Counted from the first letter of the whole stretch, positions 12,666 through 26,894 are shown. The stretch is DNA of 63,518 nucleotides, filler included, from Sphacelaria rigidula (GCA_964200075.2; 11 parts of 11 records of this genome joined end to end with filler, not necessarily neighbours in it), one strand, 5' to 3'. The notes: generated from the sequence alone by a model not told the origin. Numbers and translations are program-made.

Positions 12666-13195
12666 ATGATTCCCCTTCAGGAGGTTTCGGGAGCATCGCT
12701 TCCACGGCAGTGCTCTGCATGTTGTTTTCCGGCTTCTCTCCTCGCCATGGCGGTAGACCCTTCGTGCGTCTGTCACACCGCACACACGATTGTCAGAATC
12801 GTTCCCAGAGGCTCTGAGACAGGTGCACGTTTCACTTGCTTTTAGTCTACGGCCAAACGGGATCTCTCTGTGATCCTTTGACCGTCGGAGATGCTACCTC
12901 TTACCGTATGCAGGTCCCGCATTCCTTCGTGGAACCGGTATCGTTTTCACTTGAAAATTGAGTCAGAATCATGCTCTGTTGGAGGGGTTGTGCGGAACGA
13001 CTCTTCATCCAATCTCGGCGCACACGGGAAGCATGTTGTGATCTTGCCCGCATGTCGAATCGTCTCGACTGTACTTCCCTTTTCCTGTCTCTGGATTGCT
13101 GTTGCTGTTGCTGTTGCTGCTGCTTCTGCTCTGCCATACATGCGTTTTCTCGTCATGAGGTGCCGGCTTCTAAATTTAATATTTTAGTTAGCAGA

Positions 13196-13678
13196 CGGTC
13201 GCTCTGGTGGCTCAGTTGGTAACCCCCAAACCTTATGGCGGCTGGTTCGTCGGTTAGAACCTTCGTGCAGTCACACGATCTGGAATTTTATCTCACACCA
13301 TGTTCAACAGTGGACGGCGACAACAATGTTTTCGTGAGATTAAGAGTAGAGCGCTGACTGAGAGTGACTTTGACTATTCGCTTCAACGTAGCCAGTTATT
13401 CATTCCGTACGTGCTTTTCTTCGCCCCTAGCACTGACGTGTGTATACAACTACACGTCGATATCTTGCTCAGGGGTATCAAGGGTCTCACTGGCAAGCTC
13501 CTACAGTACAGAGAGCATCTTGAGCCTCGTGGAGGGACATTTCGGAACTGAAAGGATTCATTGACTAATTAACCGCTTTTCACTCTCAATCGTATCTTCT
13601 ATTCTCAATCTCACGAAAACATTGTTTACAGTATGTCGTGAGTAGACAGAATTCAGTTTCACGGTCGACGAGCGAAAG
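13196..13678 (+). mobile_element. 5' part of SINE C, interrupted by a MITE and truncated by an LTR
   Basis: Head cggtcgctctggtggctcagttggtaac (A box). The SINE body resumes after 13626 (gtcgtgagtagacagaattc...cggtcgacgag). Confidence 0.7.
13322..13626. mobile_element. MITE, 305 bp, TIRs of about 29 bp
   Basis: aacaatgttttcgtgagattaagagtaga ... tctattctcaatctcacgaaaacattgtt. A second copy lies at 52671-52976. Confidence 0.85.
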
Positions 13679-13679
13679 A

Positions 13680-14027
13680 TGTTCCTTGACACGTGATCCA
13701 TAAACAGGGACAGCTGGACACGACTGATGAAGTCGATCAAAGGACACGGCTGAGCCGATCATGTTGATGTAGAAGAGTAGTATTACATAGCTTGACTAAG
13801 CAAGTCAAGGAAGGAAAAGAAGGAAGAGAACGAAGTGGCTGGGTGTGGCTACCCCAACACCATGACCAGCAAACATTGCGTACGTAGGTACAAGACACTA
13901 CGCCTACTACGGTATCAAATCCCACCGCATGTAACTGTCAGAACCCGTGAAGACGAATACCTCCGTACCGTGGCTGATCAGTACTGTAGACTACACTGAG
14001 AAGGCTGTTCACCTCAACACCCCCCTC
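13680..14027 (-). mobile_element. 3' LTR plus polypurine tract of an LTR retrotransposon; decayed internal region probably extends towards 17252
   Basis: The minus strand reads GAGGGGGG then TGTTGAGG at 14027-14012. The other end has a TG at 13680, where SINE C is cut. No pol motifs could be recognised in the internal region. Confidence 0.6.
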
Positions 14028-17000
14028 GGGCAGTCGTTCGGTAGTAGGCTCACGGGAAATCAATCAAGACAACGATTCATCTTGTGAGCGGGGATGTCTC
14101 TCAAGACCACTCACGTCATTAAACAGGTACTATCGGAGAAAATTCGCACCTGCCCCCCATTAGACAATATATACCAGGATCACATATGCGCCCCTTCTTT
14201 CGAACAGTTACAGTACTTCACAACTCTCTGTACCTCATTCAAATTCTTGCGCCAAAGATCCCGATCCCCGTTCCAAGATCCAAAACCAAGCTCTCTCAGA
14301 AGTAGAATAATAATGATATCCGTACTTGAAAACTTGCAAACAAACTCTTATGTTCTGCGCTTCCCTATGGCGCACGCAATACAGTGCACACCGAGTATCG
14401 GTTCAGCTATGCATCCAACTCTGCAGCATAGTACAAAATCAAGACTTTCACGCATGTCTCGCAGTACAGCGTGCGCATCATCAAGTGCACATGCCCCATT
14501 TTTCAAACTCGGAGATATCAACCTTTCAAACGGAAAAATAGAGAAACCCTCACTCTCATCTTTCGAAGTACAGCGTTCGCATCATCAGGTGCACATGCCC
14601 TATTTTCAAATCTTCGTAACATCAATCTTCCGAACAGAGAAACAGGGAATATATTTTAGTCAAACACCATGCAACTCATACATCGCGATTCCGCGCAGAA
14701 ATAATTCTCGACACTACTGTCAATCAACCAGAATTCTACTTAGCGAACAGCGAACCGGCAGAGCGAAATTTTTTGCTCAACTGTTTTCAACACGCGCAAT
14801 CAAAGCACAACATGACAACACATCCTGCGTCCCCCCCCTCATTGTTTTGCTTTCAAACGGCCTGCGTCTCTCTCCTGCCCCCCTCGTTTCGGGCTACGGC
14901 TATGAGGGGGCGTCGGCATCGTGGAGCATTATTTCCTCTCTCCACCGATGTCCACCAAGAGGTCCATGCAGCGGGGGGATTGTGCTCGTTGCCGGTTCGC
15001 TGCGCCATCCAACTTCAGCTCGCACCTATCGCGGAACAATTTCAAATATCGAGCCTCACCGAGAATTAAGGCTCGACATGACACAGTGAAAATGTGGGGA
15101 AATATCCAAAACTGCGTCAGTTACACCATCCCATCAATATAGTAATACCTACTCCACCGACCGTTATAATCAAACGGAAGAAAACTTTCCACGAAGATTC
15201 ACATCTCAACAACAGTCATCTGCATCTTTGCTTCCGGTTACACACTTGTTTATCCATGATGTGTCAACATGCCCGCGCAAAATCAGGTTTCAAAGATGAG
15301 AATTTCTTCTTTCACCGTGTCATGCAATAACACCTGTGACACACTTGTTTATTCATGATGTGTCAACATGCCCGCGCAAAATCAGGTTTCAACTCCGGTC
15401 AACCAAGAACAATTTTGCGCACTACACTCTTGTTTTGGCATGCCGTGCAAGCATGCTCCCATCGTACACGATGTCAGTGCCATCGTTATATATCTCGACC
15501 ACCAATCATGTAGGGGGGAACATGAGCATTTCTTCTTTTTCATGTCATGCGTAACCTGTCTTTTGTTCGTACTTACCACATACAGCATAGGTGATTTGTA
15601 CTCAGTCTGTACCCCGCAGGGCACCGGTTATTACTGTTCCATTTTTAAACAGCCCCCCCCAGTTCAATCCACCGTCAGTGCCCTAAGTCGTGACCAACGC
15701 ACTTTGACACCTCTCGTGTTTTCACCTCCTTTAGGGAATCGAGATCAAGGGGCAGTCCAACTCACAGTCTACAATTTTCCGACTGCAACGTGCATACATA
15801 CATGCAAGCAATCAACACTCTGATGCGTTCAATCGTCCACATTCAATATTACTCCACCATTTCACATCTCACAACATGGACGGAACATAAACAATTCATA
15901 GGTCTCTCGGAAGACTCCTTTTTGCCGAGAGAGAAAACTTCGCGCAGCAAATAGCATCTCATGGGTCAGTATACTTATCCCTTCTCCCAGAAACCTCCGT
16001 CCGGCCGGGAGAAAACAGCATTTCACAGGTCAGGGTATCTCGCCTCTTCTCCTGGAAAATTTCACGTCCAGCTGAGAGAGAAAACTCCGCAATGCATACC
16101 ACGTACTTCCTCCGGTTATGTCAGTCCCTTCTGTTCAGATTACTGCGGACAAGCCCTCCTTTACTGCCGAGTCTTCATTGCGACAGCCTACTCTTTACTG
16201 TGCAAAGCCTGACTACTACGACAGTCGACTGCTGCTAGCATCCCTCTACAGTCTCTTGATGATCAACCATCAAGAACGTAGTACATCATCTTAGGAAGTC
16301 TTCCCGTCTGTTCTACAATACACTGGTGAGCTGTGATTTTATCCAGCTCCCCAACTTCCCATGTGCCTGCCGCGGCCCCCAAGTTTCCGTACGATGTATG
16401 TTACCCAAAACAGGCTCGAACACACCCCGCCTTGTAATCCGACACCATCACCAGTGCAATACTTCTTATGCAGTGAGGATACCTGCCCCTCAACCAAGCA
16501 AGTCATAGAACATTTACCCCTACCTGAAGGGGAAATGGTTTAGTGTAGTACCTGACATCGAGATCGGTACATCCCTGTAGAAAAGGGCCTCAACGCCGGT
16601 TTCATACCGAGATCATCATGTAATCGAGTCATCCACCCGATATGACAACAAGCACATTTCATCGTCGACCTGCAAGGTTCGAGAAATTCAACTATACTCC
16701 AAGGGAGGGCGGATTGTGCAATACTTCTTATTATGCAATCAAGATACCTACCCTTCTACCAACCAAGTTAGAGGAAAATCAACCAAGACTTTCAGGGATG
16801 ATATAACGTGCAATTCACGGACGTTGAGATCGGTATATCCCTGTAAAAAGGTCCCAACGCCGGCCAAGGCCATCCACCTACCGTAATCAGCCTGACAATA
16901 TTTCATGTTTCACAACACACGTGAGGTTCTTGCGCGCATTTTTCTTATTACCATCATACATCGTCGTACAATACTCCGTCTAATTTCACGTGTTGGCCCA

Positions 17001-20000
17001 GATATTTTTCTCGTCACAAACAAACGCAGGACGAGATGCACCGACTATCCTCTCGCGAAATTTCGTCCCGTCTAGATGGGGAAAACGTATCCAGCAGTTT
17101 CAGTCAAACAGCCTCTTCAGCTCAAATCCTCTGACATAAGAAGCATACTACAACACCGCAAATCACATTCCCATTTCCGTCTGGAACACACTGATCAGCA
17201 GCCACCTGCAGACACACTTACCACCACCATCACGTTTCATCCCCATGATTGTNNNNNNNNNNNNNNNNNNNNNNNNNNNNNNNNNNNNNNNNNNNNTTAA
17301 TTAATTAANNNNNNNNNNNNNNNNNNNNNNNNNNNNNNNNNNNNNNNNNNNNCAGGCCAAGTGCACTAGCCAGGTGCTGTTTTCGGCGATGTTTCCTATC
17401 AATCCAACCGTGCCAACGACACACACGCCATCATCCACTGCTAATGACGCACACCGAGAACCCCCGGATGGGGAGACGGGAAGGGACTCTCGGTTCGAAA
17501 AGTATCGGCGTTTGATTGAAACGTGGGTCGTAGGCACGAAAACAACTAAACTGTGCTTATCGTCGGGACACGTATCCGCGACGCATGAAATACTTCTCCC
17601 TTCCGACACAGGGTAGTGTACCGTACACCAAACGACGCGTGGCTTGATGAAACCAAGCACAACACACACACACACATACAAAACGCCCGCATCAACACCG
17701 CGACGAAGCAGCCAACGCGTGATTGTTCCCCTCGCCTGTGGTCGCCCTGGGCTTTCCCCGCACCCTTTCCTCTGGTGGGCCTGGAATCACTCCCGTTCAT
17801 CTCGGTCATCGCATCTGACCGATTGTTACGCAACAACAGCGACCGGAACGGTAGTGGATCAGGCATGCGTGGACTCTATCGATATTCACGAAGCAGTACA
17901 GTTTGTACCATTGCGTCAATCAAAACACATCGCAAAGAAGAGGATGGAGTTCAAATGGGTTTGATCTTGTGAGGTATCTGGAAATTACGGATTGCCCGGT
18001 ATGTAGGTCATCTTGCGCATGAGGTTTCCGATGGGAATTGGTCTGTCGAAAATATATTTCGGGACACGTAGGCCCCAGGATCGAAAATTCGAGTATTTTA
18101 GGGGGGGACACCCAGCTGCTGTCCCCCACGTTTTTGTCCAGGCGTTTGCGGATGCAGTCAGCTGCCGGGTACAGTGATTCTTGGTATGAGGTCCTCTGCG
18201 ACGACGGACACACCGCCCGTCCACGGTCATCATTTACCATGATCGCATTTACGGGATCATGTTCCGTGTCGTGTGCCTCGACTACCTACCTGTAGTAGTC
18301 CGAGCGAATTCGGCGAGGCGTGAGATAATGTTCCTACTTTGGCTACAGGCCGTCGTTACCGTGCTCTTGTGTAGTGTACATAGATGTGTGTGAGCATTGC
18401 CGGCATCCGAGGTCATCGATCGGGACAGGGTGGGCAAGGAGAAGAAGCAAATATTTAAACCTCGCAAAGCCCGCCAGACTTTTCAGTTTTTATCAGTGTT
18501 TGTTGACGAAATTTTTCCACCAATTTCAACAAAACAAAATCACAAAAATCACAAAAAATCACGAAAAAAATGTAAAAAATCATGGCATTTTCCGAAAATC
18601 TGTCCTCCTGAAAAGGGAGGGGGGCTCCGTGTCCGAAAAAAATCTCTCGACAGACCCTTGGTTCGCAAGCTATGTATAGCACGGACGGAATTGGTCGCTG
18701 GCTGCCCGCTAAGAACACAGTCCAGCACATGACAGCGCGATAGTGGAAGCAATGAACTGGGACGTTCGCTCCGTGCTGTGATTCTGCACTGACTCATTCC
18801 TTCGGAAAGATTTGTCGATCTTTCGAATGCTTCGTATAACACCTAGGCGCTCGTGTTTTTCACGCTCATGAAACACTGTTGTGTCGTTTGTGAAAACTGT
18901 CGTGTCTGTTGTTGCATGCTTGAATACTTGAGAGTCCAGCACCATGCAGGGGGTTGTAGTATTTGCCAAAGAGACGCGCGTGGCGATCCACAGTCCGCAG
19001 CACGGTACTGTAATGCTGTCAGTACTGTGCGATACGGTAGATGTACTGTCTTGTTTGCCCATGGCATAGATGCCCCCTGAGAAAACTGCGAAAAGCTGCC
19101 TGAGGAAGAAGTATCATTAATCTTAAGTATGTACAGGAGTGTTTACTGTATTTCGGTCGGTAAGGGAAGGGGGCTCGGATCACCCCCACAAAAGGTGGCG
19201 GTGATTCTGAACGCGCCACATGCCACGGTACTCAGCTTCCATGTGGCATACTGTTCCACCTATCCTCCTATCATGATCATGTACGAACTCCTCCCAGACA
19301 CAGCCCGTCGTTCGCAGCGTACAACCTCACAAACCTTTCGCGCGTGTGTGGATGTTCACTGTGGAGTCCGTTCATCAGAATCTCAGTCAGCGCATGAACA
19401 CTCTCGCACGGTCACTGAAAAGAAAAAACTAACACTGCCATACTTCTTGTGCGGACTCACGCTGGTCTGAGGAGTCATTGAAGGCGCTCAACCAGCCAGC
19501 CAGTCAGATCCCGCACGCCCCGAAGTGGAGGTGACCTTGCCTTGGTCCGATGGTGGATGCGTGCGAACGGTCGCTGGACTTACAAACAGCCGTGGTGTGC
19601 AATAACAACAAATTTCCAACACACGAGAGCGGACGTTTGCACCTTTGAGACAGATAGTTCATGCGAAGAAAACTCGTCTACAATAGTGGTGGACAGCACT
19701 TGCAAACGTACCTTACCTTCCGCAAGGGTCCTGCGACCGCTACACGATAACCACGCCGCACCTCTAGAGGAATTGGTTGAGCACACACGAGTGCACGAGC
19801 ACCAGCACCACAAGTGTCTGGGAGGGTTTGTGCTGCGTTGTGGTGGCGAGCGGTTGCTTTTGTTTTTCTTTTCAGCGCGCACGTTTCAAAAATATGGATG
19901 ATCCTTCATTTTTTCCGGCGCGGGATAATCAATCGTCAAAATGAAAGTGACGTTATCACTAGAAATATAACACCCGGTCCATCTCTTTGAAAAAGTATTA

Positions 20001-22151
20001 TGACCCCGCTCCCCTCGAGAAACGATGATAGATACCAATCGGGGGTAAATATGTTGTTGACATATCCCGGTCATATTGAATACCTGAGCAATGAGGGAAC
20101 TCCATCTCTGAGAGGGGGTTGAGGAATAATGAGCCGGCGGGGTGTTATACCCAGTCGCTGTTGAATGACTAACTTCAAGTGCGATAATTCGACCATGATC
20201 AGTGACTTTCACCATTTTGTTCTCTGGGGGAAAAGCAGTTGCACCTGTATTTCGGGGTACGGGTATGTTTCATGCTATGTCCAGTATACTCTTTCCTTGA
20301 AGCAGCGAGAAAACGCGGTGAATTTTGCATTTCCAATCCAGAATCTTCCTTGCAATGGTACAACTGCATGAGTTGCGGGTAGGCCTTCCATGTTCATCCA
20401 GCTCGGCTGATTAACCCACACCTCGCTCAGATAGATGACCGTCTGACCAACGCGGTGATCGAGCGTGGACTCAATTATATCTTTAAAAGCACAGCTCACC
20501 CAGTCGGGCGGAGGATCTATTGCCGCTACATTCATCGCTTCATTTTCTCGTAGAATGTATACCGTAGGTGACTGACTGCATGGGGTGTAAAATCTTTATT
20601 TCGTCCTATAATAATATTTTGTCGCATTTTCGAAAAGCTCTCTCCTTCCTCAGCACGAGCCCATGGTTTCCAGGGATCTGACAATTTTTCTCAAGGTACG
20701 CGCCTTGCATTTTGATCTTGCGGATTGGATGAGCACTCCCGCACCGCGTCGACTCTCGTCAAACGGACTCGGTCAAAGGTTTGCTACTTGCGTTTGAGCG
20801 CTTCAACGATGTAAATCGGAAATACTTGAAAGACAAAACCTGAACCTATCCTGCGCTTTGTCCTAGTAGGATATCTTCGGAACGCTGCAGTACCTCGACT
20901 GTCGACAAAAATTCGGAAATCACCAAGCATGAAGGCGGGGGTGTTATATCCCGTCATCTACGGTGCACGGGACGTGAAACTCTCTCCGCAAATAAGTCTG
21001 CCCGCACTCATTTCGTGAATTCGCTCGTGTGTCGGGAGAACAGATCCACCCAAGCATCCCGAACCTCAGCATATTGCAGATCCCTTTAGAGCTCGGCCAC
21101 TGTGCTGAGGTGTGGTGGTGGTGTTCGGAGCTACGAAAAGCGATCAAAAGTCAGTGCTAAGAGGTAGGCTCGTGACCTTCGGGCAACTACTGTCTGTACT
21201 ACCGACTGTACATGTGCCAGCTCCCACGGCTACAACAGGAGGAGGGCACAACGCTTGTGCAGCTGAGTACCGACCGTGGTGGTTCCGAGCGAGCAGAGGG
21301 CTTCAGGTGAGATGTTGACACAAACACACGTTTATCACATTTGAACTCGCAGCCTGTAGGGTGCTACCGACCGACGGTGTATACTCGTACGGTACTGCAA
21401 CAAGCGTGGTGCAGTACGGTCCAATTAAGGAGGGGAAAATGTTCGTATACCTGTGCACATTGAGGGTACGAGTGTGGACGCTGGGTATATACCTTGTGCC
21501 TCGAGAAGAGAAGAGGCGACCGAAGGTACTGTGGTAGCACACCACCTCTGGGCGATTTTGACTTCCAGTCGTCGAGAAAATAAACTGCGCACTCTCGAGG
21601 AATTTTGTTAATCGAAAAACCTTGACGAGAGAAGGGATGGCAAATCCCTCATTTCCGGCAGCACAGCGCTGATCCGTCGTTTGGATTCGATTTCTTGTTT
21701 ACACTTCGACCGAAACCCACGATGAAGGAGCTATGACAACCTCTGCAAGCAGCTGCATCAACAGTAGGAGTAATCCAACGGATGCGAGTCATTGGTCCTC
21801 TGTACAGGTTGGTCGGCCTACAGTAAGAAGCTCACTTTTTTTCAGTCCGTTAAGAGCTCACGATGTACCGCGAGTTGTGCTTACCATGTACTTTGTGTAT
21901 GACACATCGTGGTAATCGGCTAATCAGCGCGCGTCTTCAAATCCATGAAGAACTGCGATCCGACATGGTCTCATGAAACGAAATAGCAAACTGTAGCCAA
22001 GTGCGGAAGTGTAAAAAGTTGAGGGTACTATGTGCGGCGGCATTAGCCAAAAGAAAACGGCTGAGATTGGATTTTCGATTAAAGTCAGTTTTGTGCCGCG
22101 TGGTGCCGCACAAGTTGTAGCATAGTTCCCGAGCATAATATTCAGTCGTTT

Positions 22152-22705
22152 TCGATGAAATTTTGACGTGGTGTACAGGACGTGTGTGCAAACACCCTTT
22201 CGTTCCTCCCGTGTGTGTGTTTTTTTCCTCCGTGAATTATCGGCGACGGAACATTTCAAAACAGTTTTCCCGGAACAAAATTGCCAATAACTCACGAAGA
22301 AAAGAAAAAAAGCATACGAGGAAAGGTTCGGTATTCGCACATACGTCCTGTACATCGTGTAAAAAATCATCGAAAACAGCTTCAAATTGAACAGCATAAA
22401 TGCGTTTGAATTACTCGTGACTGGTCCACCTCCATATACTTTGGTAACCGGTTGTCGACGAAATGGCGCATTTTCTTCGCTCAATTTTGGATGGTTTCCA
22501 ATGAAATTTTAACACAATGTAGAGGGCGTATGTGCAAATACCGACCCTTTCCCCCTATGTTTTTTTTTTTTCCCTACGTGAGTTGTTGGTGACGGAACAT
22601 TTCAGAACATTTTTGGGAACAAAATTGCCAATAACTCACGAAGAAAAAAACAAAAACATAGCGGGAAAGGTGCGGTATTCGCACATACGTCCTGTACATC
22701 AAAAA
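22152..22705. repeat. Two tandem copies of a 200-220 bp imperfect palindrome
   Basis: tgtacaggacgtgtgtgcaaa...ttcgcacatacgtcctgtaca at 22152-22372, repeated at about 22502-22705. Confidence 0.8.
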
Positions 22706-23849
22706 CGATCCAAAGTGTTCGAAGAAAATGCGTTTCAACATTCCTGGAGGCTTCTTGGGCGGCCCAGCTCGTACTGTATAGCGCACGGCGCGGTCGCCAG
22801 GCAACCCCAGAACTCAGCCAACACCCTTCTTGCTGTATTCACCATATCATTCTGATCTTTCTGACTAACTTGTGGTCAACACGGACGAATCTCCACAAAA
22901 CAGTGAACACTCTTGCTCCGCGTTCAGCAACATACTTTCAACTCATGAGCACACTGAAGTCTAAGACCCACTTTTATGGCAAGCACGAATCTTGATTTTT
23001 TCAAAATCGGGGAACGCATTTTATGGACACGGATTTNNNNNNNNNNNNNNNNNNNNNNNNNNNNNNNNNNNNNNNNNNNNTTAATTAATTAANNNNNNNN
23101 NNNNNNNNNNNNNNNNNNNNNNNNNNNNNNNNNNNNATAAAATAAAATATCTTTTTGAGAACCGCTAGTGCATGATTAAACTAAAAACACAGCTTTTACA
23201 GTTTTTCGGGTTTTTTTTTTTCGTTTTTAGGGCAGTTTTGAGGAGAAATGAACACTGCTCTTGGGCCTTGCCTCGATTTCTTAGCTCAATTTGTAGAATT
23301 GTGATATGAAACTCATCGTAAAGAACCACAGAGGTATGCCAAAAAAAAATGGGCCTTCATTTTTTTTGTACAAGTTCAGGCGTTCTCGTGAAAAAATGGC
23401 CTTTACCACACTGAAACCCCTTAAACCAGTGAAAAAATGAAAAACTCACTCACTTTGTTTTGTTAATTATGCCCTACCCTCGGCCCACACAAAGTTTCAA
23501 TACACAAACACCAAGCGTGGGCCGGTAAATGGCCTGCAAAATACTGTTCCGAATTTCACCTGACCCCGTCACTACATGGCTCATTAACCGCCCAATATTT
23601 AGAGATGGACCCTGACATTTGGTAGGGACAATGAACAGGACATAATAAAAACAGATACTAGTGCACACAAAGATTTTTTCTTCATGAGTTAAGGGCGATA
23701 ATCAGTTTTCAGGTATCAATACAATGCCCTTAATCCAGAAGGAAAAAAAAAACTCGTGTGCACTGGTATTTGGTTTCATTATGCCCTAACTCTGAATATT
23801 GCCCGGTTAATGGGCCTGCAAACTACAAGCTCGCTTCTCAGCCGGCCCA

Positions 23850-24310
23850 GCTCGTACAGGCTGGTTCACGGGAAAAAAAAACTGTCATAAGCAAATGCCT
23901 TCTGCAATACGCACCCAATAGTCGCACACATGGTATCATACTGACCGCAATGAACAGACGAAGAGGGTGACATAGCCGGGGGGTTTTCTAAGGCTATACA
24001 GCGGTGGCGCTATGGACATAATGTGTCTCGACCAATCAGCGCCTTCCAAATTGCTCCGAAATTGAAAATACTAATTCCAAGCCCAATTTCCACCGAATCT
24101 CCACATGCTTCAAATCGTAGTGACCGTCATTACCTCAAGAATCTAACGGGAAAAACGGATTTGAAACGGTTCCAACGGGATCGAATTATACCCGAAACCG
24201 CAATGTTTCGGTGATGTGGAGTTTGGCGTTGTCTAAATTCCACTCATGATACACAGGAAAGACCCAGGGAGCCTCGTGACGATTTCCCTTTTATCTGTTG
24301 TAGAAAAGCT
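23850..24310 (-). repeat. Dispersed repeat family E (probable non-autonomous DNA element)
   Basis: Reverse complement matches 28921-29106 and 55585-56430 (the latter with an LTR inserted). Confidence 0.7.
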
Positions 24311-25258
24311 TAGATCATCCTCAAACTTGGCAGTTCCGTAGCTATTTATGCTCCAAATGAAAAAATTGTGTTCTTGGCAAGGGTTCAAAGTATCTCCGTT
24401 CTCTACCGGCTTCTGGGGGTCCCAGTATAAAGAGGGGTCCCAGTATAAAGACCCCCGGAAGGCGGTACAGAATGACTCAATAGAAAAAAATAGTAACATG
24501 ATGCGTCCCAGGATGGTCCAAGGAACACATGCATTAAGTTTGGTGGAAAAGCTTGAAAATCTCGTACGATTTTTCCTGCCTTGACGTAAAATTCACCCTA
24601 AAATATGTTTTATACTCAAACCAAGTAGTTAGGCGTTTGCACGTTTGAAGCTCACATCCTCGCACAAACGCGCAAATCTTCACGCATTTATTAGTAGTTA
24701 GACCCTGAAACTTTGCACAAATGTGCTATGAATCATTCCGCGAGTTTCGATCGACGAGGTTTTTCTAATTCTTGTACTTTTTATCGTTTTTCGGGGGTCC
24801 GACGGGATCCAAGTCGTTTTTTCGAAGTCATGCATTCTTGGAACACGGAAAACCGACACTACAATTTTTTTTTTCATTTTTTTTCGCGTAAGCTCTGCCG
24901 CCGCAAAACTCAAGGAAGGACCCACAAAGTTTCGTGGCCAAACTCGATTAACTGGTGCTTGAATTGTCATGTTCACGTCGAAAAAGGCCCAAAATCGCCA
25001 TTTTCATACTAAAATCTAGTGGTTTGCCGTTTCACCGTAGCACGGCAAGGCTCATCGCACAAACGCGAAAAACTTCGCGCCGTTTTAAGGAGTTAGACCG
25101 TGAAATTTTGCACAGGTGTTTTATGGGTCATAACGCAACTTTGTATGGATACGGGATTTTTCTACAGTTTTACGGGGGTCCGACTAGATCGAAGTTTTCA
25201 CACGTCGGACGAGTCATTACTTGTCGAAACGAGTGCACTCGTGAATGATTAAAAAAAA

Positions 25259-25721
25259 CACAACGAGCACGACTCGTGTGCTCGAGTCATTCTTTTTTTT
25301 TACAACGAGCGATGACTTGTGTGCTCGAGTCATTACTTTTTTTTACCACGAGCAATGACTTGAGTGCTCGCCCTATTAGTTTGTTTCCACAACGAGCAAT
25401 CACTCGAGTGCTCGCCCTATATTTTCCTCCACAACGAGCAATGACTCGAGTGTTCGCCCTATTAGTTTGTTTCCATAACGAGCAATGACTCGAGTGCTCG
25501 CCCTATTATTTTTTTCCACAACGAGCAATCACTCGAGTACTCGCCCTATTATTTTTTTCCACAACGAGCAATGACTCGAGTACTCGCCCTATATTTTTCT
25601 CCACAACGAGCAATGACTCGAGTGTTCGCCCTATTAGTTTGTTTCCACAACGAGCAATGACTCGAGTGCTCGCCCTACTATTTTTTTTCCACAACGACCA
25701 ATGACTCGAGTGCTCGCTCTA
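25259..25721 (+). repeat. Palindromic minisatellite, about 11 units of 42-44 bp
   Basis: Consensus acaacgagcaatgactcgagtgctcgccctatt + T-rich + cc. Confidence 0.95.
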
Positions 25722-25725
25722 TTAA

Positions 25726-26890
25726 CCCTTTTGCATGGGACCGACCCCCGACTGACACGAGGTTGACCATGTCTCAGTGAAATACTAAAAAAAAATGTCA
25801 AGGAGCGACCTGCCCAATCACAGCGAGGCGAAATTTATCGATCAGACCCGAACGACCAGCGCGGGGACTCTCGCCGAGTGTGATGTCACTGCAAAGATAG
25901 TGTGGGGGCTCTATCCCTGGTCCAGATAAGCCTTCCCACGTTTCTAAAGTCAGGGTGCTCGGAGCATGGCTTATCGTATTACTTGCATTCAGTATATAGC
26001 ATTCCCGGGGTTTCCCAGGAGTCTTTTGGGGTCGCCAGCCTATACTGAAGCGTAGTATTATAATAGTAATTACACTGACACGGTGGAGTGCGAAAACCGG
26101 GAAGAAGTGTACATGCCACGAAGTGGTCATTTTCACGAGGCACCAAACCCAGGTAGGCCGTGGGAAGACAAAATAAGCTACCGTCATGAATTCTGCTTAT
26201 CCCTCTGCCGATGACTTGCAGAATACTGTGAGCATGTATGTAGTGGGCGGGACTGTACAAGCTGTGTATAGGCAGCTGATCTCCGTCGCTGAGAACTGCC
26301 CAGAACGTGCAAGGGAGTATGCAGCGGCAGCTGCTGCTGCAGTCGGAGAGGCGTACTGCACTTACTGTACTGTATGTATGTGCGCCGCAACGCCCATACC
26401 CTTCGAAGAGAATTTGTCGCATGCAACAGAGAGGGAAACGGCGGGCCATCCCGACCACAAAGGACTGTGTGATAAGGTGATGGGGACAATAATATCATCC
26501 AAGGCCACAAGTGGCGGGCGGCCCGCCGGTCGCCCCATCCTGTTGAAAGCTCTCTCTACCGCGACCCATACTGCTTGCTAATGAGGTGTACATTACCTAA
26601 TGCGCACCCTGCACCAGAAATAGATTGGATGAAACTTTCAGCCTGCCTCTGTTCCTTCATTTTTTCACAGAGCGTGTTTCATTTTGGTTTTTGTTGGGTA
26701 CGTCGATCATGACACCACGGCTGGACCCCTGGGGGGTCACTTAAAGTACGATAATCATTCAATCGATCAATCATAACCCTGCGGTTACACACGCGGATGT
26801 TCAGCAACATGCCACTGTTTCGTGCTGACGTTAGACGCGTAATTCCCAACCAGCCTCATTTGCCGTTCTGGGGGCCCGGTCTCAAAGGGG
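25726..26890. mobile_element. Non-autonomous piggyBac-like element
   Basis: TTAA at 25722-25725 and 26891-26894. Ends ccctttt..gggaccgaccccc and gggggcccggtctcaaagggg. The host repeat unit is restored on removal. Confidence 0.8.
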
Positions 26891-26894
26891 TTAA

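Noticed and set aside
19880..20540. Decayed recombinase or transposase ORFs (also 29200-32700 and 60200-61300)
   Set aside because: They have a coding-like texture but no motif I can assign with confidence.
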